64,000 nt of DNA from Escherichia coli (GTDB lineage: Bacteria > Pseudomonadota > Gammaproteobacteria > Enterobacterales > Enterobacteriaceae): NCBI RefSeq assembly GCF_030384885.1, contig NZ_CP128613.1, one strand, 5' to 3'. Of the stretch, positions 40,411-49,906 are shown piece by piece; the stretch's first letter is position 1; every line of letters begins with the position of its first letter. The translations under genes and the position numbers were made by a program. The notes beneath the pieces are model-generated. The model saw nothing but the letters and a program-made list of their open reading frames with translations, did no database searches and was not told where the DNA came from.

Positions 40411-41166
40411 ATGACTGAAGCACAAAGACATCAAATTCTCCTGGAAATGCTCGCACAATTGGGCTTTGTGACCGTTGAGAAAGTCGTTGAGCGTCTGGGA
40501 ATTTCGCCTGCTACCGCTCGACGCGATATCAATAAACTTGACGAAAGCGGCAAACTGAAAAAAGTGCGCAATGGCGCAGAAGCCATTACCCAGCAGCGCC
40601 CACGCTGGACGCCGATGAATCTGCATCAGGCGCAGAACCATGATGAAAAAGTACGTATCGCTAAAGCAGCCTCGCAGCTGGTTAATCCGGGCGAAAGCGT
40701 CGTCATCAACTGCGGTTCCACCGCGTTTCTGCTTGGGCGGGAAATGTGTGGCAAGCCAGTGCAAATCATTACTAATTATCTACCGCTGGCGAATTACCTG
40801 ATCGATCAGGAGCATGACAGCGTGATTATCATGGGCGGCCAATACAACAAAAGCCAGTCCATCACCTTAAGTCCACAGGGCAGCGAAAACAGTCTCTATG
40901 CCGGGCACTGGATGTTTACCAGCGGCAAAGGACTGACCGCAGAAGGGTTGTATAAAACCGATATGCTGACGGCAATGGCAGAGCAGAAGATGTTGAGCGT
41001 GGTAGGGAAACTGGTGGTACTGGTTGATAGCAGTAAGATCGGCGAACGTGCGGGGATGCTCTTTAGTCGTGCAGATCAAATCGATATGCTGATCACCGGC
41101 AAAAATGCTAACCCGGAAATCCTGCAACAACTGGAAGCGCAAGGGGTCAGCATTCTGCGTGTTTAA
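40411..41166 (+). CDS. ulaR: DeoR-family repressor of the ula regulon UlaR
   Basis: 251-aa ORF with N-terminal HTH and C-terminal DeoR sugar-phosphate-binding domain. Confidence 0.95.
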
Positions 41167-41912
41167 AGATGCTGCTGGAAAAATGTCACGGCAGCATCTA
41201 ATGCCTCAGGCGTAATGCGGTGACGCACGCCTGGCTGCCATGAACAGGTTAGCAGTTTATCCCGTCCCGTCTCGATTAAGGCCTGCTGCAAACGTAGTGA
41301 TTCGTCGGCAGGCACGACGTCATCGTCAAGGCCATGCCACAGCAGTAGAGGTCTGTCACCAAGTTGTTCCAGATGGTTTGTCGCTTCCCACTCTGCCAGC
41401 GGCGCGACAATGTTATTGAATTCATTCTGCTGTGCTGCCGTTTCAGGTATCAGCGGTGGAAACAGTGAACGGGCGAGCGATGTAAAATAGCCCGATCCCA
41501 TCATGCTGGCGGTACATTTCACCGTGGGGTGGCGAGCGGTAATTCCCAGTGCCGTCATCGCGCCCATCGACGCGCCACCGACTGCCAGACGGTCAGCAAG
41601 CAGCCAGTTTTCTTCGGCTATTGCCGCACGTAAGGTAGTGAATTCCTGCATACTTTGTAGCAAAATTTGCCAAAATTGATATAACCGCCGCGCTGCGTCG
41701 CCCCTAAAACGGCTACCGTGATCGGGCGCATCCGGCATGATCACCCGCAAACCAGCCTGCGCCAGCGCAACGGCAAAATAGCTATACACCAGACTGGACG
41801 AAGTAAAGCCGTGATAAAAAATCACGCACGGTAACGGGGTATCTTTTTGCCCGACAGGATAAGCATGAAGAACGGGAATATCTGCCAGCACGCGCGAGTC
41901 TATTTCAATCAT
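41163..41912 (-). CDS. yjfP: Esterase YjfP (alpha/beta hydrolase)
   Basis: 249-aa ORF with nucleophile elbow GASMG. Confidence 0.92.
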
Positions 41913-42093
41913 CTGTCTCTCCTTTTTGTCTGGTATGACATGAAGAAATCCTTAGCACAAGTTTCTGCTGGCGGTATTAGTTCATAATGTTGAGATGTGG
42001 GTTACGCTTTCGTCACGTTTTCATTCGAAAATCGCGTACCAGGTAACAATTCGGGAACATTCCCCCAAAGTTAAATTAATAAGGCACTACACT

Positions 42094-42423
42094 ATGGTTA
42101 GCAGGAAACGTAATAGCGTTATTTACCGGTTTGCCAGTTTATTATTGGTGTTGATGTTAAGTGCCTGTAGCGCACTGCAAGGTACGCCACAGCCAGCACC
42201 GCCAGTAACGGACCATCCGCAAGAGATTCGCCGCGACCAGACGCAAGGGTTACAGCGAATAGGTAGCGTAAGCACGATGGTTCGGGGTTCTCCGGATGAC
42301 GCATTAGCAGAAATCAGAGCGAAAGCTGTCGCTGCAAAAGCTGATTATTACGTTGTCGTCATGGTGGACGAAACCATCGTGACAGGACAGTGGTATTCAC
42401 AAGCTATTTTATACCGTAAATAA
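42094..42423 (+). CDS. bsmA: Biofilm/stress lipoprotein BsmA (YjfO)
   Basis: Start set at MVSRKRNSVIYRF (109 aa); lipobox LSAC; C-terminal AILYRK motif. Confidence 0.88.
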   Translation: MVSRKRNSVIYRFASLLLVLMLSACSALQGTPQPAPPVTDHPQEIRRDQTQGLQRIGSVSTMVRGSPDDALAEIRAKAVAAKADYYVVVMVDETIVTGQWYSQAILYRK

Positions 42424-42571
42424 ATCAGACAACTTATACAGCCAGCTTTACATTGCTTTGCGTCCCTATGCGTTTACCTGTGCACAATAAATTACCAGCT
42501 GGAAGCTCGGGCGTTTATTACCGCGATGGAATGCCCTGCAACATGTGGGGAAACGAAAAATGGAGCTGATG

Positions 42572-42847
42572 ATGAAACAATTACTTGCCTCACCCTCACT
42601 GCAATTAGTGACTTATCCTGCGAGCACCACGGCACAGTCTGCAGAATTCGCCAGTGCTGACTGCGTGACGGGCCTGAATGAAATAGGTCAGATCTCGGTT
42701 AGCAATATTTCAGGGGATCCGCAGGACGTGGAACGTATCGTGGCGTTAAAGGCCGATGAACAAGGTGCGTCATGGTACCGCATTATTACCATGTATGAAG
42801 ACCAGCAGCCTGATAACTGGCGTGTACAGGCGATACTGTATGCGTGA
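42572..42847 (+). CDS. yjfN: DUF1471 periplasmic protein YjfN
   Basis: Start set at MKQLLASPSLQL (91 aa); C-terminal ...AILYA motif. Confidence 0.85.
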   Translation: MKQLLASPSLQLVTYPASTTAQSAEFASADCVTGLNEIGQISVSNISGDPQDVERIVALKADEQGASWYRIITMYEDQQPDNWRVQAILYA

Positions 42848-42849
42848 GT

Positions 42850-42905
42850 GTCATCCGCAGCAAATGAACAATGCCGGATGCGACACCTGTGCCTTATCCG
42901 GCCAA
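42850..42905. repeat. REP-like palindromic unit
   Basis: atgccggatgcgacacctgtgccttatccggcc after yjfN. Confidence 0.6.
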
Positions 42906-42996
42906 CAGTTCCTGAAATTTCATTGTGTTAGTTGATAACACGTAATGCTGCTGTTGCCATTATAAGACGCGCTAGCATCACATCTGGCTGACTCGT

Positions 42997-44622
42997 TTAT
43001 AAACATACTCCCCCCGTCGCCCGCAGCAATAAATCATTCTGGATCTGCTCTGACAACCGCACGCCGCCGCGCGTATCAAACATCATCTGACACCACGCCT
43101 GCGCCATTGGCGGAGAGGCATATTTCAACATTTGCGCGCCGCAACCCAGCAGGAATAGCTGACGAGTAATCTCTCGCCCCATTTCTTCAGCTGGCTTACG
43201 CAGTTGCTGCTGCAAACGACGAACCGCGCGATCAAAATAGCGATCCTGCCCTTTCACTTCCATAAACGCTTCCGACAGTAAGTCGTATACACCCGCCTGC
43301 TTATTAAGAACGCGCAATACATCCAGGCACATAATATTGCCAGAACCTTCCCAGATGCTGTTCACCGGCATTTCCCTGTAAAGCCGCGGCAGCTCGCTCT
43401 CCTCGCAATAACCAATACCGCCCAGCACCTCCATCGCTTCGGCCACAAACGGCATACCACGTTTGCAGATAACCAATTTCGCCGCAGGCGTAAATAAACG
43501 CGCCCACAGGGCTTCTTTGGCATCGGCACGCCGGTCCCACGCTCGCGCAAGACGAAACAGCAACGCCGTTTGACCTTCAAGCTGAAGTGCCATGCGACTT
43601 AAGACATGACGCATAAGGGGTTGTTGGATCAATGGATTACCAAAAACATGGCGTTGATGGGCATGATAAATCGCCAGCGAAAATGCACGGCGCATCATGG
43701 CATGGCTACCCAGGGCGCAATCAAAACGCGTCATCCCACCCATTTTCAGGATCAGACGAACTCCTTCCCCTTCCTGCCCCAACAACCAGCCAATGGCATC
43801 CTGAAACTCCACTTCGCCGCTGGCGTTAGAGCGATTACCCAGCTTATCTTTCAGCCGCTCGAGGCGAATCGCGTTGCGTTGCCCGTCAGGCAAAAAGCGC
43901 GGCACAAAAAAGCAGGACAAACCGCCAGTGGTCTGCGCCAGTACCAGATGCGCATCGCTTTGTGGCACCGAGAAAAACCATTTATGCCCCACCAGCCGAT
44001 AAGAGCCATCGTCCAGACGCTCTGCGCGGGTAGTGTTGCTCATCACATCGGAACCGCCCTGCTTTTCCGTCATGCCCATGCCAATCAACAAACCGCGTTT
44101 TTGCCCACCTGGCAATAAGTGGGAATCGTAGCGATCGCTCAACAGCGGCGTGGTCCAGTCCTGAAACGGCGCGGGTAACATCTGTAACAGCAATGGCGTG
44201 GCGGCAAAGGTCATGGTTATCGGACATAACGACCCTGCCTCAACCTGTGCGTGCAACATAAAACGCGCCGCTCGCGCCACAAATGCGCCGGAGCGAGCGT
44301 CTTCTTCCCAGGCCAGATTGTGTACCCGATTGGTACATAACGCCTGCATCAGCAGGTGCCAGGCGGGGTGAAAACGCACATCGTCCAGACGGCGTCCTTG
44401 CGCATCGTAGCGCAATAATTCGGGCGGATTCACATTCGCCAGTCGCCCCAGTTCAAGGGATTCAGCCGTTCCTAACTGCTGACCAATACTGGCGAGAAAA
44501 TCGCTATCCCAGCCAGCACCTTCACGCGTTACCGCTTCGCAGAGCGCGCCATCAGACAGGTATAAGTTGCTGTTATTTAATGGTATAGGTTGATTAAAAA
44601 CGGTGTGAGTTTGCCAGTGCAC
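42997..44622 (-). CDS. aidB: Acyl-CoA dehydrogenase-family protein AidB
   Basis: 541 aa if started at the GTG corresponding to the K-12 MVHWQTH start; an in-frame ATG/TTG lies 5-6 codons upstream (44637/44640). Confidence 0.92.
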   Translation of the reverse strand: MHWQTHTVFNQPIPLNNSNLYLSDGALCEAVTREGAGWDSDFLASIGQQLGTAESLELGRLANVNPPELLRYDAQGRRLDDVRFHPAWHLLMQALCTNRVHNLAWEEDARSGAFVARAARFMLHAQVEAGSLCPITMTFAATPLLLQMLPAPFQDWTTPLLSDRYDSHLLPGGQKRGLLIGMGMTEKQGGSDVMSNTTRAERLDDGSYRLVGHKWFFSVPQSDAHLVLAQTTGGLSCFFVPRFLPDGQRNAIRLERLKDKLGNRSNASGEVEFQDAIGWLLGQEGEGVRLILKMGGMTRFDCALGSHAMMRRAFSLAIYHAHQRHVFGNPLIQQPLMRHVLSRMALQLEGQTALLFRLARAWDRRADAKEALWARLFTPAAKLVICKRGMPFVAEAMEVLGGIGYCEESELPRLYREMPVNSIWEGSGNIMCLDVLRVLNKQAGVYDLLSEAFMEVKGQDRYFDRAVRRLQQQLRKPAEEMGREITRQLFLLGCGAQMLKYASPPMAQAWCQMMFDTRGGVRLSEQIQNDLLLRATGGVCL

Positions 44623-44705
44623 TGTGTCTCCCTCCATCAATGGCAGTCACCATTAGTATGGTCACTGCCACGGATTCCTGACAGAAAGAGATTGCTAAAA
44701 CATTC

Positions 44706-45869
44706 TTAGCCAGCAATATAATGCGGAACGAAACGTGAGGTGTCTTTGGTGATCAGCGTGTTATCTTCACGGATCCCCATTCCGCACGCTTCATCATCGA
44801 CAATCCAGCTACCAATGAGTGTGTAGCTATCGCCAAACCGTGGTAGAGGTTGAAATGCCTGGTAGATCATCGGTTCATCGGCGTAATCACCCTCAGCGTG
44901 GTCAACGACGTTATTCTGACCATCGAAAATGGTGACGTTACCGCCCTCGCGTGAGTAGATCGGTTTACGCACATAGCTTTCGCCAGCGGCAATCTGCGGT
45001 TTTTCGCCATCAAACCAGGATGCAAGTAGGTTAGGATGACCAGGAAAGAAGCGCCAAAGCAGCGGCATTAACCCTTTGTTGCTCAAGATACTTTTCCATA
45101 ACGGCTCCACCCATTGCTCGCGGCGCTTGCGCAGCAGCGGACCGTTATCGTCACGCATCATCCATTCCAGCGGATACAGCTTAAATGCACGCTGGATGAC
45201 ATTATCATCAAGATCGGTCAGTACACCGCCGACGCCCAAACCGAGATCTTCAATGTAGATAAACCGTGACTCCTGCCCAGCCTGCTGAGCGCAGTCCTGC
45301 AAGTACAGCACAGTACTCCTGTCTTCGTCGGTATCCTGACAACAGCAGAAATAAAACGGTTCCCGACTGTAAAGCTCGCTAAAACGCGAAATCAGGCGTT
45401 CCTGAATGGCATTGTACTGATCGGCATCACGCGGAATAATGCCGCTACGCCGCGCATCTTCCAGCCACAGCCACTGGAAATAAGCCGATTCATACAACGA
45501 GGTTGGCGTATCGGCGTTGTACTCCAGCAGCTTCACCGGCGCATTGCCACACCAGGCAAAATCCATCCGACCATACAGCGAAGGATCGCGTGCGCGCCAG
45601 CTTTCAGCGATCACATCCCAGTACAGCGGTGGGATCGCCAGTTGCGTCAGGATCTCTTCGTCTTGAACCGCACGATCCACCACCTCAAGGCACATCTGAT
45701 GCAGTTCCGCAGTTGGTTTTTCGATCTGCTCTTCTATCTGACGCAGAGTAAAGCGGTAAGCCCGACTCTCATCCCAATAGATTTCATTGTCGATGATATG
45801 AAAGTCGAAACCGTTGTCGGCGGCGATCTGGTCCAGATCCCGTCGTACAGGAACGTTGTGTCTCAGCAT
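44706..45869 (-). CDS. yjfC: Glutathionylspermidine synthase-like ATP-grasp protein YjfC
   Basis: 387-aa ORF; last gene of the yjf cluster. Confidence 0.9.
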   Translation of the reverse strand: MLRHNVPVRRDLDQIAADNGFDFHIIDNEIYWDESRAYRFTLRQIEEQIEKPTAELHQMCLEVVDRAVQDEEILTQLAIPPLYWDVIAESWRARDPSLYGRMDFAWCGNAPVKLLEYNADTPTSLYESAYFQWLWLEDARRSGIIPRDADQYNAIQERLISRFSELYSREPFYFCCCQDTDEDRSTVLYLQDCAQQAGQESRFIYIEDLGLGVGGVLTDLDDNVIQRAFKLYPLEWMMRDDNGPLLRKRREQWVEPLWKSILSNKGLMPLLWRFFPGHPNLLASWFDGEKPQIAAGESYVRKPIYSREGGNVTIFDGQNNVVDHAEGDYADEPMIYQAFQPLPRFGDSYTLIGSWIVDDEACGMGIREDNTLITKDTSRFVPHYIAG

Positions 45870-45871
45870 GA

Positions 45872-46510
45872 TTAGCCTCCCCAGTGCCCACGGGCGCTGG
45901 AAGAACGACCATAGCCGCCGCGAGAAACAGTTGACGCTTTTCTGGTGGTAAAGCCGCCCGAGGAGTAAGACTCTTTTTTGCCAGAACCGGAGCGCCAGGA
46001 GTAATCACCGGAAGTATTGCGCCAGACGGGGCGGGAAGCAAATGAGGATCCACCGCTGTTATAAACGAACGGCTCATCGCGATCTTTACGAATAACCCGG
46101 CTTAATAAAAATCCAGAAATGACCGGGATCCAACTCTGTTCAACATTGTCGTAGTAGCAATTTTCGTACTTAGACTGACAATTCTGCTGAGTCATATTCT
46201 TCGGAACATCGGCATAAAATGCCGCTTTGGCATTGTTCCAGCCATGAGCACAGATATCTGAATTATTACCGTCATCAATACAATCCTGCACTGTCGAGTA
46301 AAACGTTCCGTCACCGTCGTTATCGACATCACCACTATCGCCACAACCTTTCAATACAAAAAAAGCTGCACCGCCCATTAGCGCCAACGTTAAGTATTTT
46401 TGTGCGTAGCGATTGCGTCGCGGCTCAAAAGGATTATTAGGTCTTCCAATGCGACTGATCGCTCCGTGACCAATTTTACTGTTATTTCTTGATTTGCGTT
46501 TTCTGGCCAT
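45872..46510 (-). CDS. yjfM: DUF1190 protein YjfM
   Basis: 212-aa ORF with basic N-terminus and one TM segment; synteny. Confidence 0.85.
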   Translation of the reverse strand: MARKRKSRNNSKIGHGAISRIGRPNNPFEPRRNRYAQKYLTLALMGGAAFFVLKGCGDSGDVDNDGDGTFYSTVQDCIDDGNNSDICAHGWNNAKAAFYADVPKNMTQQNCQSKYENCYYDNVEQSWIPVISGFLLSRVIRKDRDEPFVYNSGGSSFASRPVWRNTSGDYSWRSGSGKKESYSSGGFTTRKASTVSRGGYGRSSSARGHWGG

Positions 46511-46519
46511 GATCGTCCA

Positions 46520-46918
46520 TTACCATGTCATACAAGCTGCGTTAAAAATACCGCCAGCCAGCGCGGCGGTTCCCATAAACATTCCTGCTGCGGTATTGTG
46601 ATTAATAATTTTTTCGCTTAATGCTGGCATATAAAGTCTGACGCCAGCAAAAACGAGTAACTGAATCACCAGTGCGATCCCGCCCCAGGCAAAATAATCC
46701 GGAATACTCACCGCATTGATTGCCGCACTAGATAATGGGATCACGTAACCCAACAATGTACCACTGAACGCCAGTGCCGCCGCGGTATTATTGTTTTTAA
46801 TTAACTGCCATTCGTTGTGTGGTGTAATTTTGGAGTAGATAAACAGAAAAATAATCACCATAGCCACGCCAATAAAAAAATAGGCGCTAAAGGCAAGAAG
46901 TGAATCCAGTATATGCAT
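46520..46918 (-). CDS. yjfL: DUF350 small membrane protein YjfL
   Basis: 132 aa, 4 predicted TM helices; synteny. Confidence 0.85.
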   Translation of the reverse strand: MHILDSLLAFSAYFFIGVAMVIIFLFIYSKITPHNEWQLIKNNNTAAALAFSGTLLGYVIPLSSAAINAVSIPDYFAWGGIALVIQLLVFAGVRLYMPALSEKIINHNTAAGMFMGTAALAGGIFNAACMTW

Positions 46919-46935
46919 CGTAAACGTCCTTGTAA

Positions 46936-47595
46936 TTAACCAATAATATGAAGTGATGTCAGTGGGATATCAACACCCAGTGCGCGCGAAAATAACCACT
47001 CCGGCTCGCCGAGATCGTTAAAAGATTCCTCACCATTTAACAGCAAATATTCACAGGTATCTTCGGTCACCTGCCGTTCATAGCCCATGGTAAAATTATG
47101 CACTTCCCATTTGGCGTGGTTTTGATTTTCAACTTTTTCCAGCATATAGACGGGTTCGATATTTCCCGGTTCTTCACTGTTAAAAAATCGCTGCCAGCGT
47201 TTTTCCTGCCAGTTTAATGTCATTGCCCCCATCGCTTTGGCGTTGATCGCTTCGCGCCAGTGGCTCTCTTTGCTGATACCGTAGCTCTCTTCATAGACAA
47301 AGAGCTTTATATCATCAATGTCATCAATATCTTCGCCGCCGGTGGTATTGATTTGCAGAAATTCATCGCCCGAAGTGTAGTAGCGGAAAATCTGACTACC
47401 GCCGCCCAGATCGATGTGGCTGACAGCGGCTACCGTAAATTCTTCACCCGGCAGCGCAATCAGCAATTCATCTTCCAGCAAACGAAACGCTAACGTGTCG
47501 AGCGTAAAGCCGCTATTGAGATGAAGTCCCAGTGGGCCACGTGCGATTGCAGGTTTATCATCCTTACCAAACAGACGCTTGAAAAAACTTGTCAT
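46936..47595 (-). CDS. yjfK: DUF2491 protein YjfK
   Basis: 219-aa ORF; its ATG overlaps the stop of the upstream RCK-domain ORF (ATGA). Confidence 0.88.
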   Translation of the reverse strand: MTSFFKRLFGKDDKPAIARGPLGLHLNSGFTLDTLAFRLLEDELLIALPGEEFTVAAVSHIDLGGGSQIFRYYTSGDEFLQINTTGGEDIDDIDDIKLFVYEESYGISKESHWREAINAKAMGAMTLNWQEKRWQRFFNSEEPGNIEPVYMLEKVENQNHAKWEVHNFTMGYERQVTEDTCEYLLLNGEESFNDLGEPEWLFSRALGVDIPLTSLHIIG

Positions 47596-48347
47596 ATGCT
47601 TCCCTCAATGTCCTGCCATGCCACTTCTTCAGCCAAAATACGGTTATTGCCAATAAGATGCAGCCACATACCGCCTTTAACTTCCGTTGCAATGACTGGA
47701 TTCAGTTCCATTCCCCTACCATTTTTACAACTGCTTATTCCCAGGACGGTGGCATCATGATGAAGTTTCATATAATGCATCAATGCGCCATAACGCATTG
47801 AGGTAACCCGTTCAGGAATCGGTAAAACAAACCCCGTATCCCCCAGCATTGGATTCATAATCGATGCCACTGATTGAGATGAACCGGGATCTTGTATTGA
47901 ACGGGAAAGTTGTTCTGCTGAAATATTTCGCACTATTTCAATACGTTGACAATGAACCTCTAATAAACGAGCGTAGCGTTCATCTTCCAGATAAGCGACG
48001 ATATGGCATCTTTCAGGAATAAAATCCGCCAGGGATAGTGCGGTCGTGAACGTCTGCTCATCTGTTTGCGAAAAGATGATGACACTTTGGCAATTTGCCA
48101 GTCCCATGCGGGTATGTTCATGCGGATCATTAAAATTACTAATACGAATGAAATCGACCCAATTATTTCCAGGCATCGGATGTTGAATATCATCCCGCTC
48201 ACACAAAAGTACCCGGCCAAATGCTCTTCGGGAATCAAACAACAATAATGAAATCATCTTTTCAGTCTGATGCCCGCGCCATCCAATGACCAGCATATGG
48301 TTGCGCAAATTGCTGTAGTCGCCCATTCCCGTCATTCCTTTCGCCAA
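47592..48347 (-). CDS. RCK/TrkA-like cytoplasmic domain protein (C-terminal half of a Kch/MthK-like K+ channel)
   Basis: Rossmann-like start …HMLVIGWRGHQTEKMISLL… and later segments resemble TrkA-N/TrkA-C by eye; ORF track starts at TTG 48347, but in-frame ATGs at 48335 and 48326 follow an AAAGGA Shine-Dalgarno-like sequence; same frame as the pore ORF. Confidence 0.6.
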   Translation of the reverse strand: MAKGMTGMGDYSNLRNHMLVIGWRGHQTEKMISLLLFDSRRAFGRVLLCERDDIQHPMPGNNWVDFIRISNFNDPHEHTRMGLANCQSVIIFSQTDEQTFTTALSLADFIPERCHIVAYLEDERYARLLEVHCQRIEIVRNISAEQLSRSIQDPGSSQSVASIMNPMLGDTGFVLPIPERVTSMRYGALMHYMKLHHDATVLGISSCKNGRGMELNPVIATEVKGGMWLHLIGNNRILAEEVAWQDIEGSI

Positions 48348-48353
48348 TATGTC

Positions 48354-48662
48354 TTACACTAATGCAATGACTTTTCCCATTAAAGCGCCAAATAAACCAA
48401 CACTCACAGGAATCTGCCAGAGCGCTGTGAACAGACGTCCCCCCACCGTTTGGGGTGTGATATCACCAAACCCCAGCGTTGATCCCACAACCGAGCAGTA
48501 ATAAATAAAATTACTAAGTTGTCCTACCAACGCCTCTTCATGCAACGCAGTTAACACCAGATAACAAAACAGATACTGTCCTGTAAATAATCCAGTCAAT
48601 GCCGGCCAGGTAAGCCTGGAAAGGTGACGTCGGCAGGTTTTAATGATCCATGAGAAGAACAT
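48354..48662 (-). CDS. Two-TM potassium-channel pore domain protein (selectivity filter TLGFGD)
   Basis: 102 aa: hydrophobic M1, pore helix + GSTLGFGDITP (T-x-G-[YF]-G-D K+ filter), hydrophobic M2; ATG overlaps yjfJ stop (TAATG); ends at a TAA in frame with the RCK ORF. Confidence 0.65.
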   Translation of the reverse strand: MFFSWIIKTCRRHLSRLTWPALTGLFTGQYLFCYLVLTALHEEALVGQLSNFIYYCSVVGSTLGFGDITPQTVGGRLFTALWQIPVSVGLFGALMGKVIALV

Positions 48663-49360
48663 TACTCGCCCTGTTGGCGTTGCAGTCTTGCTAATACATC
48701 CTGGGCGCTACTTTTGTTGCTACCGCCAATTCCGGCTTCCGCCAGTTTTTCATCAAGATCGCGACCATCTGCCACTTTTTCCAGCTGTACGGCAGCATCC
48801 AGGCGAGCTTGACGTTCGGCCTGACGCGTTTGCAGACGCTTTAAGGATTCTGCCGCTGTCGAAACGCTGGAAGATGCGCCAACAGTAGAGGTCGTTACGG
48901 CCTGTTGTGCACGCTGCATGGCTTCAGTAGCTTTAACGACTTCCATTTGTTGCTCAAACTGAGCGATACGCTGCGCTGTCGCTGTAACTGCTTTTTCCAC
49001 GCCATCACGAGAGACTTCCAGATTCGACAACACTTGCTCTTCAGCGGTAATAAGATTCTCAAGGCGCGCGATTTCTTCAGCAACTTCGTTAATCAACGAC
49101 GGATTAACGTTCTTGCTTAACGCTTCCAGCGCACGAGCTTCCAGACTGGCTTTGCGCTCACGTAAATCTTTCAGCTTATCGTGACTTAATTTCACCCGCG
49201 CCAGCAGATCAACGCGAGATTTTCCGGCTTTATCGAGTTCAGCTTTAGCGTCACGAATATGCTGTTCCAGCATGCGCACACCCTGGGTTTCTTCAATGGA
49301 TTCTTCCGCCTGAGAGATAAACGATTTCCCCAGCGTAAATAAACTTTTTAAAATTCCCAT
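48662..49360 (-). CDS. yjfJ: PspA/IM30-family protein YjfJ
   Basis: 232-aa coiled-coil-rich ORF; synteny after yjfI. Confidence 0.9.
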   Translation of the reverse strand: MGILKSLFTLGKSFISQAEESIEETQGVRMLEQHIRDAKAELDKAGKSRVDLLARVKLSHDKLKDLRERKASLEARALEALSKNVNPSLINEVAEEIARLENLITAEEQVLSNLEVSRDGVEKAVTATAQRIAQFEQQMEVVKATEAMQRAQQAVTTSTVGASSSVSTAAESLKRLQTRQAERQARLDAAVQLEKVADGRDLDEKLAEAGIGGSNKSSAQDVLARLQRQQGE

Positions 49361-49378
49361 AAATACCTGTCCTTGTAA

Positions 49379-49780
49379 TTAGTGTGAATATTCTTCTGTA
49401 ATTTCAGCAAGATCCAAAGCGTTATCTACCAGCGTGGTTATTTCCAGCAGGATATCTTCAAGAGAAGATTTAAGCGATAACGCCCCGAAAACAATGTAAT
49501 ACTCTTCCTGTTGCACGCTGGAGATCCCTACCGATGACAACGGCATCATCTTCTGATTTCTTAATAAGAAGGTATTAAATTCATCTGGATTGCAGATACT
49601 ACTTACCGGACAAATAAAGGTTTCGATAATCATTTGGCGGGAAGTAAAAAGAATATTGATTTGCAAATCGCCATAATCATTCATTTTAATAATTAATGCG
49701 TTTTCATTATTTGTTATATCAATATTTTGTTCAGGTATAGTTTGCAGCGCCGTCGCCAGCGCCAACGGATTCCATGTCAT
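49379..49780 (-). CDS. yjfI: DUF2170 protein YjfI
   Basis: 133-aa ORF; first gene of the yjf cluster. Confidence 0.88.
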   Translation of the reverse strand: MTWNPLALATALQTIPEQNIDITNNENALIIKMNDYGDLQINILFTSRQMIIETFICPVSSICNPDEFNTFLLRNQKMMPLSSVGISSVQQEEYYIVFGALSLKSSLEDILLEITTLVDNALDLAEITEEYSH

Positions 49781-49856
49781 ATATTATTCCATAGTGATTA
49801 AGTTGAAATATTAATAATATAAATATTTGTAGCACGTAATTATCTTACCAGCTCCA

Positions 49857-49892
49857 GACAAAAAAAAACCATCCAAATATGGATGGTTTTTC
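49857..49892. terminator. Intrinsic terminator downstream of rlmB (rnr-rlmB operon)
   Basis: aaaaaaaa-accatcc-aaatat-ggatggt-ttttc: hairpin with A-run and T-run on either side. Confidence 0.8.
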
Positions 49893-49906
49893 ATAATTCA
49901 GAGAAA

